Source: Raillietiella orientalis
Taxonomy: Eukaryota
NCBI GenBank assembly: GCA_036172245.1
Contig: JAYWIR010000004.1
Coordinates: forward strand, 62,001-126,000
Direction of reading: 5' to 3'
DNA length: 64,000 nt
Shown here: positions 11,659 through 23,879 of the stretch, piece by piece
How positions within the stretch are numbered: the first letter of the stretch is position 1
Layout of the letters: every line of letters starts with the position of its first letter
Program-made: the position numbers and the translations under genes
Notes under the pieces: model-generated
The model's database searches: none
Seen by the model: only the letters and a program-made list of their open reading frames with translations
Told to the model about the DNA's origin: nothing

Positions 11659-12699
11659 GAGGATGGCAATTACTTTTCTTAGCTATACCTTCTTAAGCAT
11701 CCCTCCGATTAATCAGTGAGTATGAATGATACTTTCGGACGGATGTCACCACTGTTTCGTCCTTCAGCCTCCAGCAAATTAACAGTGTATCGTAGCATGC
11801 TTGAGATGGTTTCACTTTTGTCTGTAACATCGAAAGTTGTCTAACACGATGTACTCAAAACCAAAAAGCTAAGTGAAGTTTTCAGTCTTGACATTCGGTT
11901 TATGCATGTACGTGTTTTCTAAGTACCACGTTTTTTGTCAAATAAGTCTACCTGTTGCATGGTCGGGTTACGTGTAGATTTTAATCCCAAAGTTATCAAA
12001 TGGAAATAGCTGATGAGGTATTTTTCGTTCCTCATCAATAAAGAGTGAAAACTATAAAGATGTTATAAGCAACAAAAACATTTCATTATTGCTCACCGAC
12101 AATATTAATAAACATTTATGAGCAATAAGAGAGACGTACAAACAGGCAGAGCCAAGTTTGTCATATGACCCTCCCTCAACCTTCACGAAGATGGGGAAAA
12201 AGTGCTGCCACGAAGAATAGAATGAATGGTGATCGTGAGGAAGAAATTTCTGTAGGAGACGCGGTGACCAGTTGAAGCAAAAATAAATCACAAAGCGAAT
12301 CACTGGCGCACTGCAAAAGTGAAACGTCTCTAACGAAAAACGGGCTCCGTGGGAACGGCTGGTGAGATCACTACGACGAGATATACAAGCGTGCTCTCCG
12401 TTTTTTTTTTGGTTTGTTGGACATTGTCTCTCTGTGGATCTTTTACCTCCTGGGGGCTTTCACTGCCATCGACGGAGCATTTTTTTTACCAGAATTTCCC
12501 TCTTCTGCAAGCTATCCGAGCCGAAGGCGGATTCTCTAGATAAACGGGAGTTCTGCTAGTCTTACCCTCGTCCCAGAGTTATTTTTCCTTTCCGCCAGCT
12601 CTGTTCACAACGCTTCAAACGGTGTGATGCACAAGAGAAGAGGGATGTCTAAGCATTACGGAGAGAGAAAACTCCAAACTCATCTTGACTCGGCTCCCC

Positions 12700-13365
12700 T
12701 ACGAGCGAAACCAGTGCTGGTAGTGGAAGTGCGTCTTCTGTGGCTCCTCTAGCCGCAGTGACACACTTTGTAGGACAAATCGACTTCCTGCTCGCAAGTG
12801 GTCCATCTTATGCCCTCCTTTTATATTCCTTGATTTGCTTTTTCGGAACTGCAACCGGTCTTTGATCTGAGATACCTGAGAAATTGGCTCTTGTTTCATT
12901 TTTTCATTTTTTTTCTGGGAGGGTTCGAAACAAACTGGAGAAGTGAGAAAGAATCGTTGCATCAATGCTGATCTCAGAAGTAACACCAACCGAAGAAAGC
13001 AAGCACCTTGAGGAACACACAAAAAAAAATTCTGCTTTTTCTCCCACACTGACTCCTACTCTTCCCCGAAGAGTGAGCGGTCGAGATGGTTCTCTGGGAT
13101 TTTCTTGAGACATTTAGGATGCTTTCTACTGAAGCAGAAGTACCAAAGGCTCCTCTCTGTGGAAACTTGCATTTTCTCATTGAAAGTTCTTCAGTATTTC
13201 GGGACGGAAGGAGATTCTTCCTACCACTTATTTTCACTTTCTGCTCAACCGGGAATGCTCCAGGCACTCGCTAGTCAGGCAACCCCTGAATCCGACTCCA
13301 AAAGGAGCGAAACGACCGCCTTCTTTCTCCCTTCAAGGCATCTTGTTCGCAACCGAACAGCTAGA
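12700..13365 (-). mobile_element. Possible decayed BEL/Pao gag remnant truncating N3
   Basis: LKGERRRSFRSFWSRIQGLPD*...PVEQKVKI resembles the Pao gag F.G...W..FW..F...K..YL pattern; weak. Confidence 0.3.
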
Positions 13366-13367
13366 GG

Positions 13368-14170
13368 CGAATCCTCACGCGGTCTGCCAAGGAGGTACTT
13401 CTCTCCGATGTGAAGACGCGCAGGATGATCCTTCACGAGCCTTCATCCATTGAGATTTTAGGACCTCTATCTCTGTCACCCGTGGGCAGTACCTTGCATA
13501 AGGCAAAACGAATAATCACCGAAATGCTTGGTAGCCCACAGCGTGGCGGTGAGAGCCAGCAGGGGCAGACTTAAAGAGGAGCTTCATGTAAGTACAAAGG
13601 TTCCATAGTCTGTGAGGCATTTTGTGACTAGGGACTACCGCAGTAGGCAATATACCTTCAACTTCTGTAGCGTTCAAGACGGAGCAGGTGGACATATAAT
13701 GTCGGAGCTGGTGGGCCAAATTTATCACGCGTTCACTGTCATATTTTTTTGAAATATAGGTGCACCACTTTAAGTGGTTAACCTGCACCTTTCCTGTCCC
13801 TATCGCCCATTCCTAAATGATGATTACAAGACCAATAACTGGCCTTGGTAGCATTCAGCAGGATGAACATTTCACAGGATAGTCGCTTATTCAGATGACC
13901 GGTTATCATTGATCTCATTGTCTCTGATGGTTACACGAATTGGATGACAAAGTGCCAGTCTCCATCTGGGACTGAATTGCCATTAACATTCCTAATATGT
14001 ATGGCGTCGTACGAGAATGGGACATAAAGTCCGTTTATCATTAGTGATTCCACATCATCGCCGAAAGTCTGCGTTGTCATTGCCCAATTAGCCGCATGCA
14101 TGAATTGGTGCTTGTACGTAGCCTTAGGACTAGATAGTACCGGCATGCGCTGGGAATCGGGTAGTCCGCC
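13368..14170 (-). pseudogene. Endogenous viral element N3 (qinvirus-like nucleoprotein, truncated at both ends)
   Basis: PDSQRMPVLSSPKATYKHQFMHAANW...RNVNGNSVPDGDWHFVIQFV*...MFILLNATKASYWSCNHHLGMGDRD...AHQLRHYMST...FKSAPAGSHRHAVGYQAFR*LFVLPYARYCP...DHPARLHIGEKYLLGRPRED; a clear paralogue of N2. Confidence 0.8.
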
Positions 14171-15899
14171 CAGCTTGGCCGAGGCATTTATTATTAAATA
14201 AAATAATAATGAAAGGTTTTGCCAATTTTGCTGAGGCGTTGAATTCAAAGACAGAGCTCCTCGCTTGTCCTGTCCCTTCGTTTCCGGAGCCAACTGCAGC
14301 CGCTTCTCTCTTCCCACTTCTACTACTGCGCGGAGTATTTCTTGCAGCGCAGGGCATACCCTGGCCTGATGTACCCTGGGACCTCGACGTCGCTGTCTTC
14401 GAGCTATCGGGAGAAGGATGGCCTGCTCTCATGGAAAGCTCCAATCCGCTCGAGGTTGTGCTGGGAGCGGTGGGATGGAACCCAGGTTGCTGTACGTCTG
14501 CGCCTCCTCTTTCGAGTCGCCTGCATGTTTGACATCACGCAGACGCTCCGGATGGCATTCTGCAGCAATCCCCAACTCTATCACGGAGTGATACACAGCA
14601 CCCCAGTTGCCCTTCTCCTGGACCCCCTTCAGGGCTCCATCCATTTCCCGCTGAAGCTGCACTCACCGCTTGAGCCAGTCAAGAGGACTGGAGAAGTCGC
14701 CCGCCGCCGAGCGCACGTGGCTTGGGCCGGCTAGTGTCACTGGCCATTTTTCCGTATATTCCAGCGCCGGCATGAGTTGATAGAGGTGAGACGCCCGATT
14801 CTTCGTGAAGCAGGAGGTTTAGCGCCAGAGTTCTCCGTAGGTTCGAGATTTTCCCCTTTGACACTGGATTTTTCGCCGGCACGGACGCTCTTTGCAGCTT
14901 CAGCTTCTTGGGCAAGGAAAATGTGTGATGTGTTCAACGATGAGCCCATCGGGTGCCTTCCTTCTTAACAAAGTGTTTTCTTTTCCGTACTTCACATTGA
15001 ATGGGACAACGTAACACCGCGTCGCTTGGCGATTACAGTGTTAGTGCAGCACACGCGACACTTGCTCCCCAGCCCCCAGAGGGACACATCTCTGCCTCGT
15101 TCGTGTCCCACACTGCTTTTCTGACAGGTCGCCTTTCAGATTGTCAGGGAACCTCCTCTAAGATTCAGGGAATCGCACTGTTGAAACATTACAGTGCTGT
15201 GGAATCTCGTCGGATAATCCATGAGGAAGGAGCCAATGTCTCCGCAACGCTGCTGGCTTAACGGACGTCATCTTTGAAGCTGCATGGACTGCACGATGCA
15301 TGAAATCCTTCTGGATTGATCTTGAGGGCGCATTGAAAAAGCGAAGCAGGACGAAGCAAGCGTCCACAGAATGATCTCTCAGAATGCACTGCCCTCAGCT
15401 CCGCACCTCCTTTTTGCTTGCTTCTATCGAGCCATCTCCGCGGATGCAAGCGCACAAAGAATTCGATTCTGGTAATCCTGACAGCACACATCTGTTCCAC
15501 AAGCCTGGCAGAGAAGGACTCACTCGAGACGAGTAGCGTGTGCGGGAAACTTTGCCGGAGTTCTGAACTTCCGAGTCCGTCAAGAGACTCTCGAAGGAAA
15601 CCACGCAGACTCCGAACGATTCACCTGCGCATGTCCAGATTCCGGCGCGCTTCTTTTCTTTCTTTTGTTGGCACGGCCTTCGGAGGTAAGCGAGAACTTT
15701 CATCTGGAGAGTCCGCTCTGCGGAGACTTTGGACTGCGAGCACACACTCAGCTGTGTCTACGAAGTTGACCAAGGAGGCTGCGCCGAGGAATCCCTGTAC
15801 TCACTTTCGGCACGGAACGCCTTCGCCGCCGACGGCAGCTTTCGAAAGCCTCACAGAGCGAAGAGAGCAGACATCGCGAATCAGTTCTTCATTTTTCCT

Positions 15900-16245
15900 C
15901 CGGGTTCTCCTGGAGCATGGAGCAGAAAAAGACATCGGCGCGAATATGGCTGGTAGTAGATGCCCAAATGGCAGATTCTAAGGCTAGCGGCGATCGCTTG
16001 GACAAGAACGGGCCGAAATGGACGCACGGAGATGCGCCGCATGGCTGTAGCACCAGCCGGCCACACCGCTCCGAGCCGCGAGGCGGATGGAGGAGCACGA
16101 GGGATGCGTTCGGAGGACGCGAGTGGAACACCGCGGATGGCATCGGGCAGCGCAAAGGTGAGCGCGCTCTACGTAAAGCGTGAATCAGGGTCGCAAGAAC
16201 GCGGGTTCGAGACGCGACATACACTACACGCAAATCCTTCTGAGG
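15900..16245 (+). repeat. Dispersed decayed coding repeat, copy 1 (copy 2 at ~36830-37172)
   Basis: Shares ccgaaatggacgcacgg, acaccgctcc, gcgagtggaacaccgcggatggcatcg, ggtgagcgcgct and cacgcaaatcct with copy 2. Confidence 0.8.
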
Positions 16246-18975
16246 AGCGAGCAGCCGTCAGATAGGAGAAAGGAAGACTGCGATCGACGGGCGTATGCAA
16301 ATGCGAAGTTTTTCTTCTTCTCTCTGTCCTTCTCGTTACCCCCACAGCTAGCAGCAGAATCTCACGTCGCCCTAATCTGCTGTTGTTGTCTTGCATACTT
16401 TCGCACGTCTGTCGGATCCAGGAATCCCCATTTCTTTCTTTCTTTTTCCCTTTCTGTTTTCCCTAACCTCTCCGTGCCCTTGCAGCAGCCTCGCGAAAGA
16501 GCCGCTTACGAATGCTGAGGACTACTTTTCCGCGCCCAGGTTTCTTCATATTTCGAAAGGCTGAAGAAGACATCCCTAAGCCATCCGGAATGACCTACCG
16601 GAGAAAGACTCCTCTCCACAGCTGAGCGGCGCCGTCGGCTGTCGTGGCAACGGCCCAACAGGTGAGGCGTGCCGTTTTCCTTGCCACCGGAATCGAATCC
16701 GTCTGAGAGACGAGGACCCAGTTGTGGACATGGCTCGTGTCGAAAGGTTCGTCGCGCAACAAAATAGACCCGTTGCCATGGATGTCCTTGAATTCTCGAA
16801 AGACCGGAATTTCGCCTTGTGTGGAGAAACAGACAAATACGCGATGCAAATATTTTGATCTTCAATTAGCTTACCGGGAAATGAGTGATGACGCAACCAA
16901 ATACACCTTGAATTTTGAAAGTAAATAATATGGGAAGGGACAAAAAAAAAAAAAAGGAATCGTAAACTTTAACCTTGTTGTACCACACAGAGCCGGGAAG
17001 CAACCATATATACGTGGTATGTAGTTGCTGGATCGCACATTCTCCCCGGACGACATGCAGTTTTACTGGACGGTGATGTGCATCGTGGCGCCGTTTGCTT
17101 GGCTCGCATCAGGTAGTGTGGCTCTTTGTGTCGCTACGGCGTCTCTTTTGGCATGCGAGTGCGAGGGATCAAGACTTGAGCTGCAACGCTAGCGCGTGTC
17201 CTCAAGAAGACCGACCACATGTGTCCGGTTCCCTACTCAGCCACTCCTTCCCTCCTTCCTTGAGGTAGCTGGAAGCAAATGCCCTTCCGCGCCCGGATCC
17301 GATGACTTTCCCGGTCCTCTCACATGAAGGGGGTAGGGAGGGGAAGGGGGGGAGTTGCTCTGAAAGACCTCTATTCTACTTTGTTTTCCTCCTGGCGTCG
17401 TTCACCCACCACCATGCATGTAGCAGCGCCATCTTGAGGGAGAAATCCTGTAAGATCTCCTCTGCTTTCCTTGAGTAGGCATCCCGACCCTGACTCAGGG
17501 AATCAGTAGGGAGTCCTGCAAGTGCCGAGTGTCCAAATTTTCACTCTGGTCGTTATGAATGGCTCGGTTGCATTGCACGACGCAGACTGCAGGACGTCTC
17601 TGCTTCAAATTCTGTGGTTTCACCACTAAAGACCCGCGTTCCGCTTGATGATTTTCCACTACGCTTTGCTGCCTTCCTTTGACAGATGTAGGGACAGCTA
17701 GTAAGAATGAAACTCAGGCTCGGCATCAGTGGCACAAACACTCAATATCGAACACGCAAAACTTATCGGCGCTTCTGAACCGTTGATGCTAAGAGTGTGC
17801 GTGAGCAGCGATGCCACTTTTGGCAAGGCCTTGGATGAGTCCTTGTGTCACCGAGGCAACGGCCACCTCGATCACGCTCGTCTGTTTCTGGTGCGCGGTG
17901 GGACCGGGAAAAGTCCACGAGCGGTGACTGCTGCGTAAAAGGAAGGAAGGGGGGGGAAGATGGGGCGAAGCTTGGTCAGAAGTATCATCCCTTCTGACCG
18001 CCGCAATAATCTACCAGAAGTCCCCACGGAATACCACCTTGAAGCGTCACTGGAGACTCTTTGGAAAAAACAAAAGGTGCTCTGGCAGTCGCTGCTGCCG
18101 ATTTGGAAGAGCCGGTGACCTTACCCGTACCAGGGCATCCTGAGAGCCTTTGGAATCGACCGCGGGAAGGGCACAAGCTGGGGCAAACGGTCCCTCAGCA
18201 TCTTCTTTCGCATGCCCGCTCGGAGCACGAAATGATGGATAAGGGAAAGTTAGCGCAAACATTTCTTCTTGGAGCAATGTTTCCCGGACATCCCGGAAAA
18301 CACATCGGTGGAAGCGAGCGGCATCTGCCCTGCGCAGAAAGAGCGCCGTCGAGGAAGACGTAGCCGTCGTCCGTTGCAGGGAAGCGCCGCTTCTCGTCGG
18401 CCGCCTCTCCGAGGCATTTCGTCCTCAAGGATAAAGCCGGGTCTGGAGAGGGAGCGCCTATGGATGGACACGGATGCCGCGAGCTAGGAGCGGACCTCCC
18501 CTCCCCATGTGGGAGCTGGGAAGAGCCAATGCTCCTACATCTTTCATGAGAGATGTCCGTCTTCCATTCCGGTTCTGTCCGCAGTCCGCTAAGTCGGCTC
18601 TCTCCTGCAACTCGCTCTGCTTCGCCCTTCCGTGGCATCTGTCAACCACACGGGCTGCCAGGAAGCAGTGAGCATCGCAGGCAGCTCCAGCGCATCCCGA
18701 GACGAGGAAAAACCGTTATTTCACTCCTGATGGAGCGTGGGGCTTCCCAAGGATGAGCTCTCGGAAGAGAATCGCGGAAGACGATCGGTCTGGCGGGAAG
18801 GTGGGAAAGTCCTAAATGCAAATTGAAGGACAGTGGAGGTCGCTCTAGAACGCTCGAGGCACCGACCCTAGCTGAAGAACAGCGGCTCCCTCCGCTCTTC
18901 TTTCCTTCCGGAAGTATGGGGCCGGTGAGCGCGAATTCTGGCACGAGGCTAGCCACGGGTTCTTTCCATCTCCAG

Positions 18976-21900
18976 GAGGAACGGTCGTCGCGCCTTTCCA
19001 AGAGGCAGCATCAACGGCGGCGGTCTCCAATCCACTCTCGCGAAGACAGAGTAACTCCCTCAACCAGGACTGCGGACTCCGAACTGGTCACCCATCTTTC
19101 AAGCTCTCGGAAAATTCGAATTGGAATAACAATAGGACAGCCAAGGTCATCGGAGGTGTCCCCACGCAGCACGGGGCTTATCCTTGGCAGGTAAGCTGCC
19201 TCTCGACAGGGGCGGAGCTTCCAATCTCACCACTCCCCTCCGGGTGCACTGGACGAGATCCTCGCTCTCCGTCTCCTCTTCCTCTCCTACCTTTGTTCTT
19301 CCTCCAGGTCCAGATTTTGGTCAAGAGGAGAGGCATTTTACGTCACCTATGCGGAGGAGCCATCATATCGCAGTACCATGTCCTGACCGCAGCTCACTGC
19401 TTGAGGGACCACCCAAAGCACGTATACAGAATCAAGGTGGGTAAACACAGGCTGGACCGGATCGAAGCGTCAGAGGAAATCTTCTTCATCCGCGACTTCA
19501 TCAGGCATCCAAGGTACCAGAAAGGTGAGGAGGGATGTTGTGGGTCGAAGACAATTGGAGGTCTCAGAAAGGGGGTTCGGGGGTATGCCGAGCTTGCCAG
19601 AAGAGTTTCGCCAGATCATGCTGAAGGGATTCTTGATCAAGAATGTACAAATGGAGAAAATCCTCATGCGCGGGAAGTGATGTTTTGGAAGGGGGAGGCA
19701 AACGGTCGACTCTTAAGCGATAAGCAGCTTCCGCCAGCAGGAACGGCGGAGGAGGGGAGCAGCAGATATATGAAAATAGACAATGGGAGAAGAGATCTGC
19801 TGCCCTTTCCGCATCTTCAGGAGCGTGCCTGCGATGCAGATTTATTTTTCTTCCATTCTTTGTTCCCTCGTGAGGCCATTTCGCCATCCCCCTAGCATGG
19901 AGGAACAGGCAAAGTTCATGGCCATCTCGACGCTCCTGGCACAAAGCTGCGGTAGTGTAGCGAATGGCTGCTGTTCTTTCGATGCAGTACAGCATGGGGA
20001 CCGGAATATTAGCACGAGAAGATCCCTCTGTAGCACGTCTTAGCAGCTCCTTCATTCGGAATGAAGCAGTGTTGCCGCTAGGCATCGTCGACTGCTCCTA
20101 AGGGAGTCCTAACCCACAACAGGCGCAGGGACAATCGGAGTTTCCTGCACCTGAGACAACTCGGGTATGCTCCTCCCTCTCATTCGGCAGCAGTGGTGCT
20201 GGAGGCAAAGAAAGCATGCCGCTTGCTGGCACCAGATGGGAAAGAGGGCGAACGGCGCGCTCGCAGTCTCCTTAGAAATATCAACCGGTTGCTCCTCTTT
20301 GTTCTGGAAGAGAAGGAGAAGGGAAGAGTCGGAGCTCTCTGCGGAGGATGGTGCGCGTGCTATTGGAGTGCAGGAGCCATGGCAACAGAAGAAGGCTCCT
20401 CTTCTGACCTGAGTTGTCCTTGTTGTTTTTGAGCTCGCGAGCGCTAGGATGTTTCTGACTGTTTTTCCTGGCGCCAAGCTCCGATCCCGAAATTCTTGAG
20501 CGGCATCACCACACTTATTAGACGGACTTGAGGAAGTGTCTGGGGTGCGAATGAGGGGGAGGGACGGGAAAGTTCTAGAATGTTGTTGTCCGAAAACGCT
20601 TCCTCTCTCTGACGACGGCAATACCTTACAAATGCCCTTTCCTCTCCTGGTAAGCGACGTTTCTCCTCATCTACTTTCTTTCCAGAGGGTTACTACAGCA
20701 ACGACATCGCAATAATCAAAGTGATACCCAAAAACTCCAGAGGGTTCATCTTCGGTCAGTTTGTGCAGCCAATTTGCCTTCCCCCTTCCGAAGACAACCT
20801 AGATGGAGGGATCACTACCGAGCCAATGTTCTGCACCGTGACCGGCTGGGGACTTCAGATACGTAAGGGCACAACTCTCCCACTTGCACCTACCCACCCG
20901 CACTCGAGCCACCATCTCTAGAAAATTGGGGAAAAGTTCTGCCTCTGCCACCTCCCGGAATAGGGGGAGCTTGCTTTGAGAGATAGCGAAACAGGGAAAA
21001 GAGAAAGGGCCCATAGCTTTTTCTTTTTCGCTTTTCTAGCTCGTCCCCAGCATGCGCCCGGAGTTCGCCTCGTGAAGACACCGTCCCCAAGCGTTCACTT
21101 AAGCTTATCGATGCCGTTGCCCCCTCTAACGTCCAGGAACGGAACTGCTCGCGTCGGCTTCGAAGTACATCTCGAGAAATGCAAATCAAAAGAGAAAAAG
21201 AGCGTCCAGGGGAAGAGAACCAAACTTCTCGTTCGGAGGCTCATAGTTGCGTTTCTCCTCCTCACATCTTCCTCCTTACTTCCTGACCGCCTACCCCTGA
21301 GGTCTTTCGACGCCATCCTCCCATCTATCAGCAAGAGACGCAACTGTTCTCTCTGGGAGAGAAGAGTCTGGTGTGCCAGGAGGCTTTAGAAAATGATGAA
21401 GAGGGAAACAGGAGAATAGGGAATGAGAGGCTCCCAAACATCCTGCATCTCTCCCAGCAGTACGTTCTGAAAATCATGGGCTCGCAAGGGTGCGATAGCT
21501 GCACCTTCCTTTCCCAGCTAGGGAGTGCTAGCGCATGCTGGCACGACAAAGAGTAGAGCGACCTCCTGTCCTCCTGTCTGAACGCCCGAAATCGATCAGA
21601 AAGGGGAGGAGAGTAACAGGACCTTGGGGAGCGTCGTAGAAGGGTGCTGGCTGACGGGCCTCCGACTCTCCATGTCTAGCAAAGTCTACCGAAACTTGTG
21701 GACAGGACTTGCAGAGGATGAGGAGGACTCATTGCAGCTCTGCCCCTGCCTTGCGAGTGCGGAAGAAGAGGAAAGCAAGGAGAGGCAGCCATGAGCGCAG
21801 AGCGTGCTCATAGAAAATGAAGAGATGATGGAAGGTGGAGATTGCCGTTCGAGCCTCTGGTTTGCGCGTGCGATCAGGATTTCGTGGGATGATCGCGGGA

Positions 21901-23031
21901 GGCTGGTGCTTCTCCGCCCGCCCATGTGCACCCTTCTTCTTCCACTCTTTTCTCCCACGGGCCACCAGAGAACCAAAGCACAAGGTGAGGGATTCTCCCC
22001 TTCCCCCTCCTTCTCCCGATCGCTGCGCCTCTCAAACTCCCTATGCGCTCGCTTTCGCGAGTGAGTGCGAAATCGCTTCTCGGACTTTTGGCTAAGATCA
22101 AAGTGTAGCTCACGATCGCATGGTGGCCACCCGTACCCGTGGTCCTGCCACTGATTCCATCCAGCTGGGGAGTATCGGAAATTTGGAAAAAATCCATCCT
22201 GACCCCGTCATCCCCTTCCTTCCTCTTCTCCTCTAAATCCATTGTCTCCTGGCTCCTGGCGCAGCCGCGTCTCCCGAGCGTGTGCTGGCGCAATGTCATT
22301 ACGACCCCCCTTGTCCGCGGGGACCACTTGTGCCGTACCCGCTGTGAAGATGCTATTTCGGCAAGGAGGAAGGGGCAGAGAAAAGAGGGTTCTTGCTTCT
22401 CGCCGCTCTTGCTCTGTGGCCCTCCCGAGCGCCGCTGCTACCGCTCATCCTCCTCCCAGCACGATGAACCCGAAGCCTTGTTTCCCTGGAGAAGCGCTTC
22501 TCTGCTTTTCCGGCCAAATCCTCGTGATCTTTCCTCACCTTTCCAGGGGTGCAATGGGAGAGGCCACGGGGATAGAGGAGAAGCAGGATTGGTGCTGCTT
22601 CTATCGTTGCTGCCAGCCTCCTCTCTCACTCTTTCGTAGAAACGAATAAGCTGAGTATGTCCACCGTGCTGCTGGAGGCCAGTGTCAGAGTGTTCTCCCA
22701 GGAGATCTGCAGGAGCAAGTTCGCCTACGGAGGTTCGTCGCAGGCAATTCTTCCTGGGATGCTGTGCGCTGGTGTCCTGGGAGGAGGGGCAGACGCCTGC
22801 GGCGGAGACAGCGGCGGCCCCCTATCGTGCCTGGTAAACGGTAAGGGAGAGTCAGATCACACGCAGGCGGAAGAGACCCAGCCTTTCCCTCTCCTTTGGT
22901 CAGGACGATTCTACGTCTACGGGATCGTTTCCTGGGGAGATGGCTGCGGTTTACCGCTGAAGCCCGGCATCTACTCCCGAGTCTCCTACTATAAGAAATG
23001 GATCGAACGATGGATCCAATCCCCGATCTGA
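18976..23031 (+). CDS. Trypsin-like (S1A) serine protease, neurotrypsin/Tequila-like catalytic domain; exons ~18976-19190, 19308-19524, 20686-20862, 22640-22840, 22904-23031; upstream exons not located
   Basis: Activation site DCG...TAK|VIGG...AYPWQ. Catalytic motifs LTAAHC (His), NDIA (Asp) and [10 protein letters not shown] (Ser, with the Asp189-type S1 residue), plus [20 protein letters not shown] and PGIYSRV. All introns are GT-AG with compatible phases. Confidence 0.93.
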
Positions 23032-23879
23032 CCTGAACCAGTCGGCACGCGTGGTTTTGTGTGGGAGTGATCTGGACAGAAGCAAAACATCAGGAAGAAT
23101 CGAGCGCACCGGAAGTGACGTCGGCATCCCTTCCCAAGACTGAGGAGAGTTGAGTCCTCTCCGGAGCTCTCTCGCCGTTTCCCCCATGTCCCGCTCCTCC
23201 TTCCCTGAAGAGTACCAGACCTTTTTCGCCCATCTACCGCTCGAACTTCGGTAGCGAGGCCAGTGGAGGTGCCGGACCTGGGAAGACGGTATGGCTTGAC
23301 TCGCGAAACGGTCCATCCTCGAGATGCTGCGGCACCGCGAAGATATCACGGAATGCTCTAAAATGAACCGGAAACGACTCCTTAACAGCTGGGGTGACGT
23401 CCCTTTCCTCCCCTGCATGCGGTCGGTCACCTAGACAACGGCAAGCTACCTTTGCTAAGAAAGCGTGTTCATTGGACAATATTCGCTGCTCTTTGACCGG
23501 CAGCTGGCAACCACCGAAGGACTCGACCGCACTCCTCGTTATACATGGGAATGTGTGCATACACATACATTTGTATTCATGAAAATGAATTGTATACCTG
23601 CTGGTCTGCGGGGAATAAAAGGTTTCTCGTGCAGTGCATCGTGAGTGTGCGCTGTACACAGTGAGTTGTGCTGCAGAGTTGCGTACAGATGCTAATTTCC
23701 ATGCATAGCCGTGCACACAACCTATCTATCTGTTCTACCCACATCTGTCTATCATTCATGCGAACGAATGCATGAGTGAGAACGAATGCGAGTTGTTCTC
23801 GTGGGCTTACATACTGAGTGCAGGCCAAGCTTCACACACATCGCATACGTAAGATGATCACAAAGCTCTAATATGTGAA

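Noticed and set aside
17729..17938. ATFGKALDESLCHRG as an SRCR exon of the protease
   Set aside because: Cysteine spacing and splice sites do not fit.
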